Below, piece by piece: positions 226,529-238,420 of a stretch of 248,000 nt of DNA. A program made the position numbers and the translations under genes. Origin of the DNA: Hyalangium minutum (GTDB lineage Bacteria > Myxococcota > Myxococcia > Myxococcales > Myxococcaceae). Positions within the stretch are counted from its first letter, which is position 1. The number at the start of each line of letters is the position of its first letter. The notes under the pieces are model-generated. The model had not been told where the DNA came from. It saw nothing but the letters and a program-made list of their open reading frames with translations, and ran no database searches. The DNA lies in assembly GCF_000737315.1 (NCBI RefSeq), contig NZ_JMCB01000006.1, positions 764,001 to 1,012,000 of the forward strand, written 5' to 3'.

Positions 226529-227308
226529 TCAGGAGGCTTCCGCCACGTCATCCAGGCACTCGTCGGTCAGGGCCTGGATCAGCGCGATGACGGACATGCA
226601 CAGCAGCGCTCCGAGCGTCAGCATCACCTGCGCCGTGAACCCCGCCAGCAGCGCGGACGTGAGCAGCAGCGGCTCGGAGTCCCGTGTCCACAGCAGGTAC
226701 TGCTCGACAATCCAAGCAATCCCGCCCAGCACCCATGCCGTCCACCACGCGGTCACCGCGGCCTTGGCGCTGCGGTGGCCTCCCAGGCTCCGGCACAGGC
226801 CGCGCACCACGAGGTACGGATCGAACAAGTGCGCCAGCGGAATGAACCACCACGCCACGGCCCACCCCGGCGTCGTCCCCGGATCCAGGCCGAGCACCCT
226901 CGCCGTCCGCACCGCCAGGTGCAGCCACCGCAGGAAGAACAGCGCTGACAGCCCCAGCACCGCGAGCAGCGGCACGCGCAGCAACTCCCAGAGCCGCTGG
227001 TAGGTGGCCGCCGCGTCTCGGGGCACCCACCCTCCTTGGAGCCGGTTGATCAACCAGCCGTCGAGCATTGCGCCGAGCAACAACCCGATCGCTGCCAGCC
227101 CCAGCGCGCCCATCGCCAGGCTCCCCCGGGTCCGCAGCGAGGGCAGCTCCCGGAGCTGCCGGTACTCGCAAGCAGCGCAGCGGTCGCCCCACGTCTCACA
227201 GCGGGCACAGATGAAGCGGCCACACCGCGAGCACGTCCCCACCGGCTTGAAGGTGGGGTGCTCGGGACAGACCACATCGCGCGCCAGGGCGGCAGAGGCA
227301 GAGGTCAT
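226529..227308 (-). CDS. DUF4328-like membrane protein with B-box-like N-terminus
   Basis: CPEHP..CSRCG, WAVAWWFIP. Confidence 0.75.
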   Translation of the reverse strand: MTSASAALARDVVCPEHPTFKPVGTCSRCGRFICARCETWGDRCAACEYRQLRELPSLRTRGSLAMGALGLAAIGLLLGAMLDGWLINRLQGGWVPRDAAATYQRLWELLRVPLLAVLGLSALFFLRWLHLAVRTARVLGLDPGTTPGWAVAWWFIPLAHLFDPYLVVRGLCRSLGGHRSAKAAVTAWWTAWVLGGIAWIVEQYLLWTRDSEPLLLTSALLAGFTAQVMLTLGALLCMSVIALIQALTDECLDDVAEAS

Positions 227309-227405
227309 CGGGAGCGATACACCCCTCAAGGCCCTCAGGTTCCAGGGCCCGCGAAGTATCTCCCAACCTCCTTGGAAGATACACGGTCCCGCTTCTGACG
227401 CTTCC

Positions 227406-228527
227406 TCAGGTCCGGGCCGCGGCGGAGACGGTGAAAGCGCCCACGGGGGTGGCAGCTCCGTTGATGAGCGCCTCGACGCGGTGCGAGCCCGGGTAGTGCT
227501 GGCGCGTGGTGAGAGTCTCGAGAGACACAGTCTTCTCCAGCGTGGTGGAGGCACCGGGCGCCAGTTCCACCTTGCGCACCTTGAAGACCTTGGGGCGGGA
227601 AGCCCCGTTGGCCTTGATGAAGTGCACGGCCAAGTCCACCACGGCCTTCTGGCGCTCCGAGGAGCGGTTCTCCACGTGGAGTTGCACCTGCACGGACTGG
227701 CCCAGGCGCACGCGGCGCGGGTGGAAGGTGGCGGTGACCTCGAGCGCGGCGGGGCCCTCGAAGCCCAGCACGGCCAGGGCTCCGCGGTCGCCGCGCTTCA
227801 CGGCCGAGCGCAGGGCATGACGGACGATCCACTGGCGCTCGGGAGAGGCGCCTCGGCTCCAGCGCTCGCAGGTGGCCACGAGCAGCTCCGGGTGGTCCTT
227901 GCCGATGTCGTTGAGGTTGTTGGCCACCGAGCGGCGCACGTAGAGCTCGGGGTCGTCCTTGAGCAGCTCGAGCAGCTCGAGCACCGGCCGAGGATCCTCC
228001 TGGAACGCGCGCAGCCGGGACGCCCAGGGCAGGCGCGGCCGGGTGCCCTCGGAGACGAGGCGCCGCACGTGCACGTTCGCATCCGCCGCCCACTGGCGCA
228101 GCCGCGCGAGCGTCTCCTTCGGGTAGCGCTCGAGGTAGGGGCGGATGCAGAACTCGGCGGTGAAGCGCTGGGTGAGCGCTCGCTGCAGGTGCATGGCGGG
228201 CTCGAAGTGCTCCAGCCCGTGCTCGGCCACATAGAGGGAGTGGGGCAGGTAGAGGAACACGGACATGCCATGGCTTTCGGTGCCCTCCAGCGGCGGCCCG
228301 AGCGAGCCCTGGAGGATGCGCGCCGTGTGCTCGAAGTCCTGGGGCAGCGCACGGTGCATGGCGCGCATGATGTGGCGCGCGCGGTCCATCAGCTCGAGGG
228401 CCTCCAGCCCTTCGGAGGCCTCGGCGACGAAGCGGCGCTCGGGGAAGGAGGGGTGGGCGGTGCGCAGCATGGCGGCAATGCGCCGCACCGCCTCCTCGTT
228501 GAAGAACGTCTTGAGGGATTCGGCCAT
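227406..228527 (-). CDS. DNA alkylation repair (AlkD-like) protein
   Basis: FTAEFCIRP, RPRLPW, SVANNLND. Confidence 0.88.
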   Translation of the reverse strand: MAESLKTFFNEEAVRRIAAMLRTAHPSFPERRFVAEASEGLEALELMDRARHIMRAMHRALPQDFEHTARILQGSLGPPLEGTESHGMSVFLYLPHSLYVAEHGLEHFEPAMHLQRALTQRFTAEFCIRPYLERYPKETLARLRQWAADANVHVRRLVSEGTRPRLPWASRLRAFQEDPRPVLELLELLKDDPELYVRRSVANNLNDIGKDHPELLVATCERWSRGASPERQWIVRHALRSAVKRGDRGALAVLGFEGPAALEVTATFHPRRVRLGQSVQVQLHVENRSSERQKAVVDLAVHFIKANGASRPKVFKVRKVELAPGASTTLEKTVSLETLTTRQHYPGSHRVEALINGAATPVGAFTVSAAART

Positions 228528-228572
228528 GGCCGGGAGCGGTCTACCGCGTTCCAGCGGGCTCCACCACCCGCG

Positions 228573-229973
<1,401 letters not shown>

Positions 229974-230135
229974 GAAGTACCTCGAAGGGGCATCTGGGTA
230001 AGGCGTTACATACCTCGGTTGCTGGCTCCCTGGGTTCGCGGGGGCGCTCGGCAGCTCTCCCCTCGGGGAACGGTGGGGCACGGCGCTTGCTCTCTCCCGC
230101 CAGCGGCGCGCTGAAGCGCCCTCGAAGGAGGCCCC

Positions 230136-230753
230136 ATGGGCTCGACAACCCTGGTGACGACGGTGGACCGTCCGAACCTCATTGACTCACTGCTGCGCCT
230201 GCTGGACAGGCCCGCGCGCTCGGCGCTGGAGCTGTCCCGCCGTCCCTTTGCCGCCACCCTGGCTCCGGCCACGCTCGGCATCTTCCTCGTGGCGGCGGCC
230301 TCGGCGCTGGCCGGGTGCATCTCGCTGTCCGGCTTCCGGCTCGTGCCTCGGCTCGATGTGCTCCGCGCCGTCTTCGAGGCCCTGCTCGTCGTCGTCCCCG
230401 GCACCGCCGTGTTCTCCATCTATCTGCGCCTGTGCATCCCCACCCGTGCCCTGCTGGCCGCCACCGCGCTCGGGCTGCTCGCGGCCGGTGTGGTGGCCGC
230501 CTGCATCCTGCCGCTCATGGGCTTCATCGCCGTGGTCGCCGTGAAGTCCCATCTGGAGGTTCCCGTCCCCCTGCTCTTCGTCCCCGGCCTCGCCCTGTCC
230601 ACCGTGGCCGCGCTCGTCTCCCGCGTCATCGTCTCGATGGACAGCTCCCGCTCCGCTCGATGGCTCGCGCGGGCCTTCATCTTCTCCCTCGGTGCCGTCT
230701 TCGTGCTGCGGATCAACTCCGCGCTCCTCAACCTCCACACCTGGCTCTGGTAG
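230136..230753 (+). CDS. Membrane protein (cluster B gene 1)
   Basis: Five TM helices; parallels 136893. Confidence 0.6.
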   Translation: MGSTTLVTTVDRPNLIDSLLRLLDRPARSALELSRRPFAATLAPATLGIFLVAAASALAGCISLSGFRLVPRLDVLRAVFEALLVVVPGTAVFSIYLRLCIPTRALLAATALGLLAAGVVAACILPLMGFIAVVAVKSHLEVPVPLLFVPGLALSTVAALVSRVIVSMDSSRSARWLARAFIFSLGAVFVLRINSALLNLHTWLW

Positions 230754-230758
230754 CTCCC

Positions 230759-231469
230759 ATGCAAACTCAGGCTCTCTCCGAGCAGCTCTCTCCCTTCGTT
230801 CCCTGGACCTCCGAGGATCGCTCTCCGCTGGCGGAGGACGCCTCGGCTTCCAACAGCCCCTCGATCCTGGTGGATCTCCTGCGAGACCCCGCCGCCATCA
230901 CCGAGCGGCTCCTGGATCCGCGGCGGCTCCAGGCCCTGGTGCTCGGCTCGGCCGGCATCATCGCCGGAGGCACCAGCTTCTTCGCCGCGGCGGCCACCAT
231001 CGCGCGCGGCAAGGAGGCCTGGTGGGGCTCCGCCGCGCTGACGTCGCTCAACGTGCTCATGGCCCTGGCCGCGTCGCTCGGCCCCATCTACGCCACGGGC
231101 ATCCTCCTGGCCGCCCGCGTCCCCCTGGCGCGGCTGGTGGCGGCGCTCCTGGCCGCGGCGGCCACGGGCTCACTGCTGCTCGCGGGGCTCGCCGCGCCCC
231201 TCTATCTGATGACGCGGCTCAGCGCCGAGTGGGCCGGGCCGATCATGCTCACCGCCTCGTTCCTGCTGGCCGGAGGCGCGGCGGGCGCGCGCATCCACCG
231301 GCTGCTCAGCCTCATGGCCGAGCATATTACTCGGCAGTCGCAGGGAGCCTCCGCCACGAGGCTCAGCGAGGGGGACGCCTTCCGCGTCGGCATCCTCGCG
231401 CGCATCTCCTGGATGATGTTGGCGTTCACCCTGGCCCTGGGCTTCTGGGCCTTCAACGCGCTGGGCTGA
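230759..231469 (+). CDS. Yip1-like membrane protein (cluster B gene 2)
   Basis: LLRDPAAI N-terminus parallels 136045 (LLRNPSAV). Confidence 0.6.
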   Translation: MQTQALSEQLSPFVPWTSEDRSPLAEDASASNSPSILVDLLRDPAAITERLLDPRRLQALVLGSAGIIAGGTSFFAAAATIARGKEAWWGSAALTSLNVLMALAASLGPIYATGILLAARVPLARLVAALLAAAATGSLLLAGLAAPLYLMTRLSAEWAGPIMLTASFLLAGGAAGARIHRLLSLMAEHITRQSQGASATRLSEGDAFRVGILARISWMMLAFTLALGFWAFNALG

Positions 231470-231479
231470 GGAGTGAGCC

Positions 231480-232121
231480 ATGACGGCACTGTGGATTCTC
231501 GAGGCATACGTCGTGCTGGGCGTGGCGTCGGCGGTGCTCGTGCTCGTGCGCCGCGCGGGAGGACCCTTCGCGGTGCGCGCGGGGCAGGCGGTGGGCGCGC
231601 TCGTGCTGTGGCCCTTCATGCTCCCGGTGATGCTGTCGCCGGGGCAGGCCCTCCCGGGCGCGACGACAGAGCGCCGCAGCGAGCGGGCCCGGCGGCTGGA
231701 TGAGGTGGCGGGCCAGCTCGAGGAGGGCTGGAGGCAAGTGTCCACGGAGAGCAAGTGGGCCACGGAGCCTGGCCGCGAGCACCAGCTCCTGGACCGCTTC
231801 ATCCTCCGGCTGCGCTCCCAGCTGCGCCGCATCGAGGAGATGGAGGCCACGCTGCTCACCGCGCCCGTAAGCGTGAAAGAGCGGCTCTCCCGGCTTCACG
231901 AGCACGCCGTGACAGAGCTCGAGCACAGCATTGGGTTGGTGGAGGACCTGACGGCGCAGCTCACCCTGCTGCGCTTCTCGGACCTGGGCAACCCCGCCTC
232001 TTCCCATGTGGACAAAAGCCACATCGAGGAGTTGCTGTTGCGAATCGAAACACTCGCGGAGGCATCCCAACCTGCAGAGAGCCCGGCCGCAGCCCCCTCG
232101 GGCACGGTGGCTCGGGCCTAA
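231480..232121 (+). CDS. Membrane-anchored coiled-coil protein (cluster B gene 3)
   Basis: LWPFMLP, AQLTLLRF; paralog of 135395. Confidence 0.65.
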   Translation: MTALWILEAYVVLGVASAVLVLVRRAGGPFAVRAGQAVGALVLWPFMLPVMLSPGQALPGATTERRSERARRLDEVAGQLEEGWRQVSTESKWATEPGREHQLLDRFILRLRSQLRRIEEMEATLLTAPVSVKERLSRLHEHAVTELEHSIGLVEDLTAQLTLLRFSDLGNPASSHVDKSHIEELLLRIETLAEASQPAESPAAAPSGTVARA

Positions 232122-232359
232122 CACAGGGGTACGCCCCTGTACGCAGGAGGTCTGTCCCATGAATGGCCAGCGAAGACTTTTCAGAGCGATGAGCCCCACG
232201 CGCAGAATCCGCGCCTCCGACGTGTCGACCGGGCACGTGGGAGTGGGGCTCGACGTGTCGGGCGGAGGGCATGCCGTGCGCCGTGCCTCCGCGCGCCCCA
232301 TGGCCTCCGAGTTGCAACATCTCCGTCCCAGCAACAGCGCTTCACGCAGGGAGTGGGAG

Positions 232360-232803
232360 ATGTCCACGACGACGTTCGGTGATGCGATGGCGGGTTTCTC
232401 GGATGTGCTCTACGCGCGGGCCATGGAGCACATGGCCGACAAGCACAAACACTTGTTGGACGCCGGGAGCATGCGCGCCAACGCCCGAGCGGCCATGAGC
232501 TTCGAGGTGAAGCTGGCGAAGGGCGGCCTGGCGAACATCTCGGTCAAGCGGTACTGCGCCGGTTTCACCCTGCGTTGCACCACGTGGGTCGAGCTGCCGG
232601 ACAAGCTCACCTGGATGTCTGGGTACCTTCACTCCAGTGATGGGGGCGGGGCGGACTTCGACCGCCTCCGCTCCGAGCAGCGCGTCCAGTTCGAGCTCAA
232701 GACGAGCATGTGGCGCAGCACGGAGCTGACCCTCCACCTGCGCACCAACCCCGCGCTGCCCGAGGGCACGGTGGTGAAGGTGCACATGGAGATCGACTAC
232801 TGA
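232360..232803 (+). CDS. Hypothetical protein
   Basis: GGGAG RBS, 147 aa. Confidence 0.55.
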   Translation: MSTTTFGDAMAGFSDVLYARAMEHMADKHKHLLDAGSMRANARAAMSFEVKLAKGGLANISVKRYCAGFTLRCTTWVELPDKLTWMSGYLHSSDGGGADFDRLRSEQRVQFELKTSMWRSTELTLHLRTNPALPEGTVVKVHMEIDY

Positions 232804-232908
232804 GCAGGCCGCCGGGCCTATGTCCCGGCCGTCCGTGGCACGTGCGGACGGTCACCTGGACGCCTACTGGAGTCGCGGAGCGTTCATGCTCTACTTCCGC
232901 GCCTCACC

Positions 232909-234840
232909 ATGCCCTTCCGAAGAAGCGTCGCGACGAAGCTGCTCGTCGCACTGTGCGCCGTCATCACCCTGGCTCTCGGGCTCCTCGGCTTCATTGCCAA
233001 CCGCCATCTGTCGCAGGTGGCTGAAAAGGAGTCCACGCGCATCGCGGCCCAGCTGGCCGAGCACCACGCGGGGGTCATCAAGACCCGGCTCGATGAGGTG
233101 ATGAGCGCCTCCAGGATTGTGGCGCAGGCGCTGCTGGCCCAGAAGGCCGGCGGGACGCCCGATCGACGCGTGGGCGAGGCGGTGCTCAAGAGAGTCCTCG
233201 AGGACAACCAGGACTTGCACGGCATCTGGACGGTGTGGGAGCCGGACGCGTTCGATGGGCGTGACAAGAGCTTCATGAACACGCCCGGCACGGACGCCAC
233301 CGGGCGCTTTCTCCCCTTCTTCAACCGCGGCTCCGGGGACATCCATTTCGAGGCCAGCGTCGACTACGAGGGCACGACCCTGGGCGGGGCCAGCGACTAC
233401 TACCTCCTGCCGCAGCGGAGCAGGGGAGAGGTCCTCTTGAACCCCTACAGCTATGTCATCGCCGGCAAGCCGACGCTGCTGACCAGCGCCGTCGTGCCGC
233501 TCCTGCTCGATGGCAAGTTCCTCGGGGTGGTGGGCGCGGACCGCTCGCTGGGCCAACTTCAGCAGGACGTCGCGAAGATCCGCCCCTACGACACGGGCTA
233601 TGCGGTCCTGGTCTCGAACGACTTCCGGTACGTCGCCCATCCTTCGGAGCAGCTGCGTGCCAAGCCTCTGGGGAACTCGGACGCCGAGGCGGTGATGAAG
233701 GCGGCGATTTCGAGTGCCAGCGTGTCCACCCGCAGGGTCCACTCGGAGTTCTTGGGCGCTGACGCCCTCCTGGCGGTCATCCCATTCCAGGTCGGCCGGA
233801 CGAAGACGCCGTGGGCGCTGGCTGTCTTCGTGCCGATGGCGCAGGTGCTCGCGGCAGCGGACGAGCTGCGCCAGTTCATCCTCCTGCTGGGCGTTGGCAT
233901 GCTCGGAGGGCTGGGCATCGCGGTGGTCGTCGTGGTCCGCCGCGCCACCCAGCCCCTGGCGAGAATCTCCGAGGTGGCCAAGCGCATCGCGGAGGGGGAC
234001 CTCACCGGGGAGCTCGAGCACCGCTCCCGGGATGAGATTGGCGCCCTGGCGGAGTCGTTCCGAGTGATGCAGCACCGGCTGGCGCAAGTCATCGGCGAGG
234101 TGCGCACGGGCGCCAGCGCGCTCTCCGCGGCCTCCGCGCAGCTGTCGACGATGTCCCAGGCGCTCTCCAACGGCACCAGCGAGCAGTCCGCCACCGCCGA
234201 GGAGGTGGCGGAGAACCTTCACCGCATGAGCGTCTCCATCACCCAGAACGCCGACAGCAGCCGCTACATCGAGGGGCTTGCGCTCAAGGGCGCCGCTGAC
234301 GCCGGAGAGTGCGGCCGGGCCGTCTCGGAGACGGTGGAGGCGATGAAGCAGATCGCCTCGCGCATCTCCGTCATCGACGAGATCGCCTACCAGACGAACC
234401 TGCTGGCGCTCAACGCCACCATCGAGGCGGCGCGCGCGGGCGCGCATGGCCGGGGCTTCGCGGTCGTCGCGTCCGAGGTCCGCAAGCTCTCCGAGGGGAG
234501 CCAGACTTCGGCCAGGCAGATCATCGAGCTGGCGGCGAAGAGCGTGAAGATCGCCGAGCGCTCGGGGATGCTGCTCCGGGAGCTGGCCCCGTCCATCGAC
234601 TCGACCGCGCACCGGATGAAGGACGTGGCCACCGTGTCTGGGGACCAGTCGTCCGGCGTGGCGCAGATCCACCGGTCGATGCTCAGCCTGAACCAGTCCA
234701 CGCAGCAGAACGCCGCCTCCGCCGAGGAGCTGTCGAGCATGGCCGAGGAACTGGCGGCGCAGGCCGAGGGGCTCCATCAGCTCATGGGCTTCTTCACCGT
234801 GGAGGAGTCCCACCCCGCTCGGCCCACTCGGCCCGCATGA
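232909..234840 (+). CDS. Methyl-accepting chemotaxis protein (dCache, HAMP)
   Basis: [27 protein letters not shown]. Confidence 0.95.
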   Translation: MPFRRSVATKLLVALCAVITLALGLLGFIANRHLSQVAEKESTRIAAQLAEHHAGVIKTRLDEVMSASRIVAQALLAQKAGGTPDRRVGEAVLKRVLEDNQDLHGIWTVWEPDAFDGRDKSFMNTPGTDATGRFLPFFNRGSGDIHFEASVDYEGTTLGGASDYYLLPQRSRGEVLLNPYSYVIAGKPTLLTSAVVPLLLDGKFLGVVGADRSLGQLQQDVAKIRPYDTGYAVLVSNDFRYVAHPSEQLRAKPLGNSDAEAVMKAAISSASVSTRRVHSEFLGADALLAVIPFQVGRTKTPWALAVFVPMAQVLAAADELRQFILLLGVGMLGGLGIAVVVVVRRATQPLARISEVAKRIAEGDLTGELEHRSRDEIGALAESFRVMQHRLAQVIGEVRTGASALSAASAQLSTMSQALSNGTSEQSATAEEVAENLHRMSVSITQNADSSRYIEGLALKGAADAGECGRAVSETVEAMKQIASRISVIDEIAYQTNLLALNATIEAARAGAHGRGFAVVASEVRKLSEGSQTSARQIIELAAKSVKIAERSGMLLRELAPSIDSTAHRMKDVATVSGDQSSGVAQIHRSMLSLNQSTQQNAASAEELSSMAEELAAQAEGLHQLMGFFTVEESHPARPTRPA

Positions 234841-234944
234841 GCAAACCGTGAGGAAGAAATGAGCCGGCCTGGAAGCTTCCCGGGCCCTCCAGTGAGACCT
234901 TGCCGAGTGTCCCGGCCCCTTTGGGCCGGAAGCCCGGAGGACTC

Positions 234945-235856
234945 ATGTCTCACACTTCCCTGCATCCCCTGACGCGCCGCACTTCGCCTCGAAAGCCCTC
235001 GAGCCCCCTCCTTTATATGGCGCTGCTCGCCCTGCTGTGTGGGACAGGGTGCGCAGCCCACCGGCCGCTCGAGGCGCCGATGTTGCCCGCGGCGTACGCG
235101 CTCGCGGAGACGGCGGTGGCGCCGGCCGAGCCGCCCATCCTCACGGAGAACCGCTTCAGCCGGGACAACGCGGGGAGCATTTCGGAGGAGTCGCTGCGCG
235201 AGGTGCTGGCCTCGCCGGTGTTCCTGGAGGAGAAGGCGCGGGTGGGCATCGTCCCGGTGCAGGGCTCGTACGCGCTGGACATGGACGTGCCGCTGCCGGC
235301 AGTGACGGCGGCGCTGGCCGAGGCGCTGGACAGCTCGGGCGAGTTCGAGCTGGCCAGCGAGGTGTCCACGGACTTCCCGGTGGACCGGGGCATCTCCGGC
235401 CTGCGCGAGCTGGCGGCGCGCTACCGCTGTGACTACCTGCTCATCTACCGGCACCGCTTCGTGGATGACAGCTACATGAACCCGGTGGCGTGGGGCTACC
235501 TCACGGTGCTGGGCGCGCTGTTCCTGCCGGGCCACACCCTGGAGAGCGCGGGCGTGCTGGAGGCCACGCTGTTCGATGTGAAGACGGGCACGCTGCTCTT
235601 CACGGTGAACGAGCGCGTGCATGATCAGCAGCGCGTCAACATGTGGCACAGCGAGCTGAAGACGCAGTGGATGAAGCGGAAGATGCTGGAGTCCTCGACG
235701 CAGAAGCTGGCGGATCAAGTGGTGGGGAAGATCCGCCGGCTGGTGGCGGCGCGCCCGGCCCCCGAGCGGAGGAGCTCGAAGGCGGTGGTATCGTCCCCGC
235801 CGGTGCCGGTGGAAGCGGCCGGGGTTCCGGTGACGGTCTCCACCACGGGCCTCTGA
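234945..235856 (+). CDS. Lipoprotein coupled to VWA protein
   Basis: Lipobox GTGC. Confidence 0.65.
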   Translation: MSHTSLHPLTRRTSPRKPSSPLLYMALLALLCGTGCAAHRPLEAPMLPAAYALAETAVAPAEPPILTENRFSRDNAGSISEESLREVLASPVFLEEKARVGIVPVQGSYALDMDVPLPAVTAALAEALDSSGEFELASEVSTDFPVDRGISGLRELAARYRCDYLLIYRHRFVDDSYMNPVAWGYLTVLGALFLPGHTLESAGVLEATLFDVKTGTLLFTVNERVHDQQRVNMWHSELKTQWMKRKMLESSTQKLADQVVGKIRRLVAARPAPERRSSKAVVSSPPVPVEAAGVPVTVSTTGL

Positions 235857-235872
235857 GAGCGAGAGGGACACC

Positions 235873-237513
235873 ATGAAGACGCACCTGACGATGAAGAAGC
235901 TCGCGCTGGCCTCGCTCACGGTGGCCTCGGTGCTCGCCCTGGGGGCGGGCTGCGCCATGCGGGCTCCCGCGTATGAGCCGCCCCCGACGATGGAGGCCTC
236001 ACCGCTCCCCCGCGGCGACAGCCCGGCGGACTTCTCCAAGCTCGCGGTGGTGAACGGCAAGCCGTTCGCGGACATGTACTTCAAGAGCTACGGGGTGAAC
236101 CCCACCATCGACACGGAGGAGGAGAGCGTCTCCACCTTCTCGGTGGACGTGGACACGGCCTCGTACACGCTGGCGCGCTCGTACCTGGCGCGCGGCCACC
236201 TCCCGGAGGAGGAGGCCATCCGCGTGGAGGAGTTCATCAACGCCTTCAAGTACGACTACCCGGATCCGGGCGCTGCGCCCTTCGGGGTGCAAGTGGAGGC
236301 GTTCCCGTCTCCGAACCGCCGCGGCTACCACGTGCTGCACGTGGGCATCAAAGGCCGCGAGGTGAGCACCTCCGAGCGCCTGCCCGCCCACCTCGTCTTC
236401 ACCATCGACGTGTCCGGCTCCATGGGCATGGAGAACCGGCTGGGGCTGGTGAAGCGCTCGCTGGCGCTGCTGGTGGAGCAGCTGGACGCGCGGGACTCGC
236501 TGGCCATCGTCGTGTACGGAGACAGCGCGCGCACGGTGCTCGAGCCCACGCGCGCCACGAACCGCTCGCGCATCCTCGCGGCCATCGACGCGCTGCAGCC
236601 GGAGGGCGCCACCAACGTCCAGGCTGGGCTCGAAGTCGCGTACGCCATCGCCGCCAGCCAGGTGCGCGAGGGCACCGTGAGCCGCGTCATCCTGTGCTCG
236701 GATGGCGTGGCCAACAGCGGGATTACAGGCGCGGATGCCATCTTCGAGTCCATCAAGGAGTACGCGCGGCGCGGCGTGCGGCTCACCACGGTGGGCTTCG
236801 GCATGGGCAACTACAATGACGTGCTGATGGAGCGGCTGGCGCAGCAGGGCGATGGGCAGTACGCGTACGTGGACCAACTGCCGCAGGCCCGGCGCCTCTT
236901 CGTGGAGCAGCTCACCGGCACGCTGCAGCTCATTGCCCGGGATGTGAAGGTGCAGCTGGAGTTCGACAAGGCGGTCATCTCCCGCTACCGGCTCATCGGC
237001 TTCGAGAACCGGCTGCTGAACAAGGAGGACTTCGCCAACGACAAGGTGGACGCGGGCGACATCGGCGCGGGCCACACCGTCACGGCGCTGTATGAGGTGA
237101 AGTTCCGGGATGCCCAGGCGCTCACGGCGCCCGCGCTCGCCACGCTGCGCATCCGCTACAAGGACCCGGGCACCCTGCTGGAGGCGGGCAGCTCTGAGAA
237201 GGTGGAGAAGGCGCTGCCCACGGCCATTGTCCGCCAGAGCCTGGAGGCGGCCGCGGGGCCGACGCAGCTGTCCCTGGTGGTGGCGCTGTTCGCGGAGAAG
237301 CTGCGCGGCTCGTACTGGGCTCGCAACGTCTCCTATGCGGACCTGCTGCGGCTGTGGAGCCAGCTGCCCGAGCGCATCCGCGCCCGCGAGGATGCGGGCG
237401 AGCTGCGGCAGCTCATCCAGCAGGCGCGCTCGTATGACAAGCGCGGGGACAAGTTCGAGAAGATGACGCCCGTGGCGGAGATGGACTTCGACCGCGTGCC
237501 GGTGGTGCGCTAA
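235873..237513 (+). CDS. YfbK-like VWA lipoprotein
   Basis: STFSVDVDTASY, DVSGSM, SDGVAN. Confidence 0.88.
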   Translation: MKTHLTMKKLALASLTVASVLALGAGCAMRAPAYEPPPTMEASPLPRGDSPADFSKLAVVNGKPFADMYFKSYGVNPTIDTEEESVSTFSVDVDTASYTLARSYLARGHLPEEEAIRVEEFINAFKYDYPDPGAAPFGVQVEAFPSPNRRGYHVLHVGIKGREVSTSERLPAHLVFTIDVSGSMGMENRLGLVKRSLALLVEQLDARDSLAIVVYGDSARTVLEPTRATNRSRILAAIDALQPEGATNVQAGLEVAYAIAASQVREGTVSRVILCSDGVANSGITGADAIFESIKEYARRGVRLTTVGFGMGNYNDVLMERLAQQGDGQYAYVDQLPQARRLFVEQLTGTLQLIARDVKVQLEFDKAVISRYRLIGFENRLLNKEDFANDKVDAGDIGAGHTVTALYEVKFRDAQALTAPALATLRIRYKDPGTLLEAGSSEKVEKALPTAIVRQSLEAAAGPTQLSLVVALFAEKLRGSYWARNVSYADLLRLWSQLPERIRAREDAGELRQLIQQARSYDKRGDKFEKMTPVAEMDFDRVPVVR

Positions 237514-237671
237514 TCGTGCCCCTTCCATGCTCCCGAGTCTCGCCAAGCTGGTCGAGGACGCCAGGCGGACGCTGAGCCGGAGTCCGACGCATCCTGTCCC
237601 CGTTCCGAGTGGAACAGGCCTGTCCGTTTGGGGCTCCTGCGCCGCGAAGACAGTCCTCCGCCTAGGGTGCG

Positions 237672-238409
237672 TCACAACACGCGGGCGGCGCGGGCCTCCT
237701 CCAGCGTGTACTCCTGCATCATGGTACCGAAGGGGCCTGTCTTCTGGATGAGCCACGCGCAAGAGCCCTGCGGCATGTAGAAGTCCTCCTCGAAGGGAGC
237801 CAGCCCCAGGTGGCGCAGGTAGTCCTTGAGCATCTCAAAGGTGAAGCGGTCCCTTACCCGGCGCTCCTGGTACTTCTCCACCTGCTCGAAGGGGAAGGGC
237901 TCACCTTCCTGGTCGAAGACCCAGCGGCCTCCATCATTGGAAGCGCTCAGGGCGCGCACATAGTTGTGGATCTTCCCCGGCTGCTCCGGGCCGAACACAT
238001 CCAGCATGACGGCACCATAGCGGCCTTGGTCCCCGCGCAGCGTGTGGGGCACGGCGACCACCCGCAGGCACCGGATGCTCAACCTCCGGGCCATGGAGCG
238101 CATGGGGCTGGCGGCATCCGTCCCGGTCCACTGGCTGGAGACATAGGCTGTCCAGGCGCTGCGCGTCGGGATGAACAGGTGCCGCTGGGTTTCTCCACCG
238201 TTCAGGGGCAGCAGGCTGGAGAGAACTTGCTCCAGGGTGCCCGAGACGGGGAGCACCTCCACGGTGATGCCACGAGGCGTCATCACCTCTCTCTCCCACG
238301 TGGCGAAGGCTTGCGCCGCCTGCTCCGCCCCCAACTCCAGAAAGCCCATCGTCGAGGTGACAGGCGCCCAGCGGTCCTCCAGCAGCAGACCCTTCATCTC
238401 TTGCGTCAT
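237672..238409 (-). CDS. Putative immunity protein, paralog of 19269
   Basis: MTQEMKGLLLEDRWAPV identical start. Confidence 0.65.
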   Translation of the reverse strand: MTQEMKGLLLEDRWAPVTSTMGFLELGAEQAAQAFATWEREVMTPRGITVEVLPVSGTLEQVLSSLLPLNGGETQRHLFIPTRSAWTAYVSSQWTGTDAASPMRSMARRLSIRCLRVVAVPHTLRGDQGRYGAVMLDVFGPEQPGKIHNYVRALSASNDGGRWVFDQEGEPFPFEQVEKYQERRVRDRFTFEMLKDYLRHLGLAPFEEDFYMPQGSCAWLIQKTGPFGTMMQEYTLEEARAARVL

Positions 238410-238420
238410 TCAGGCTCGCC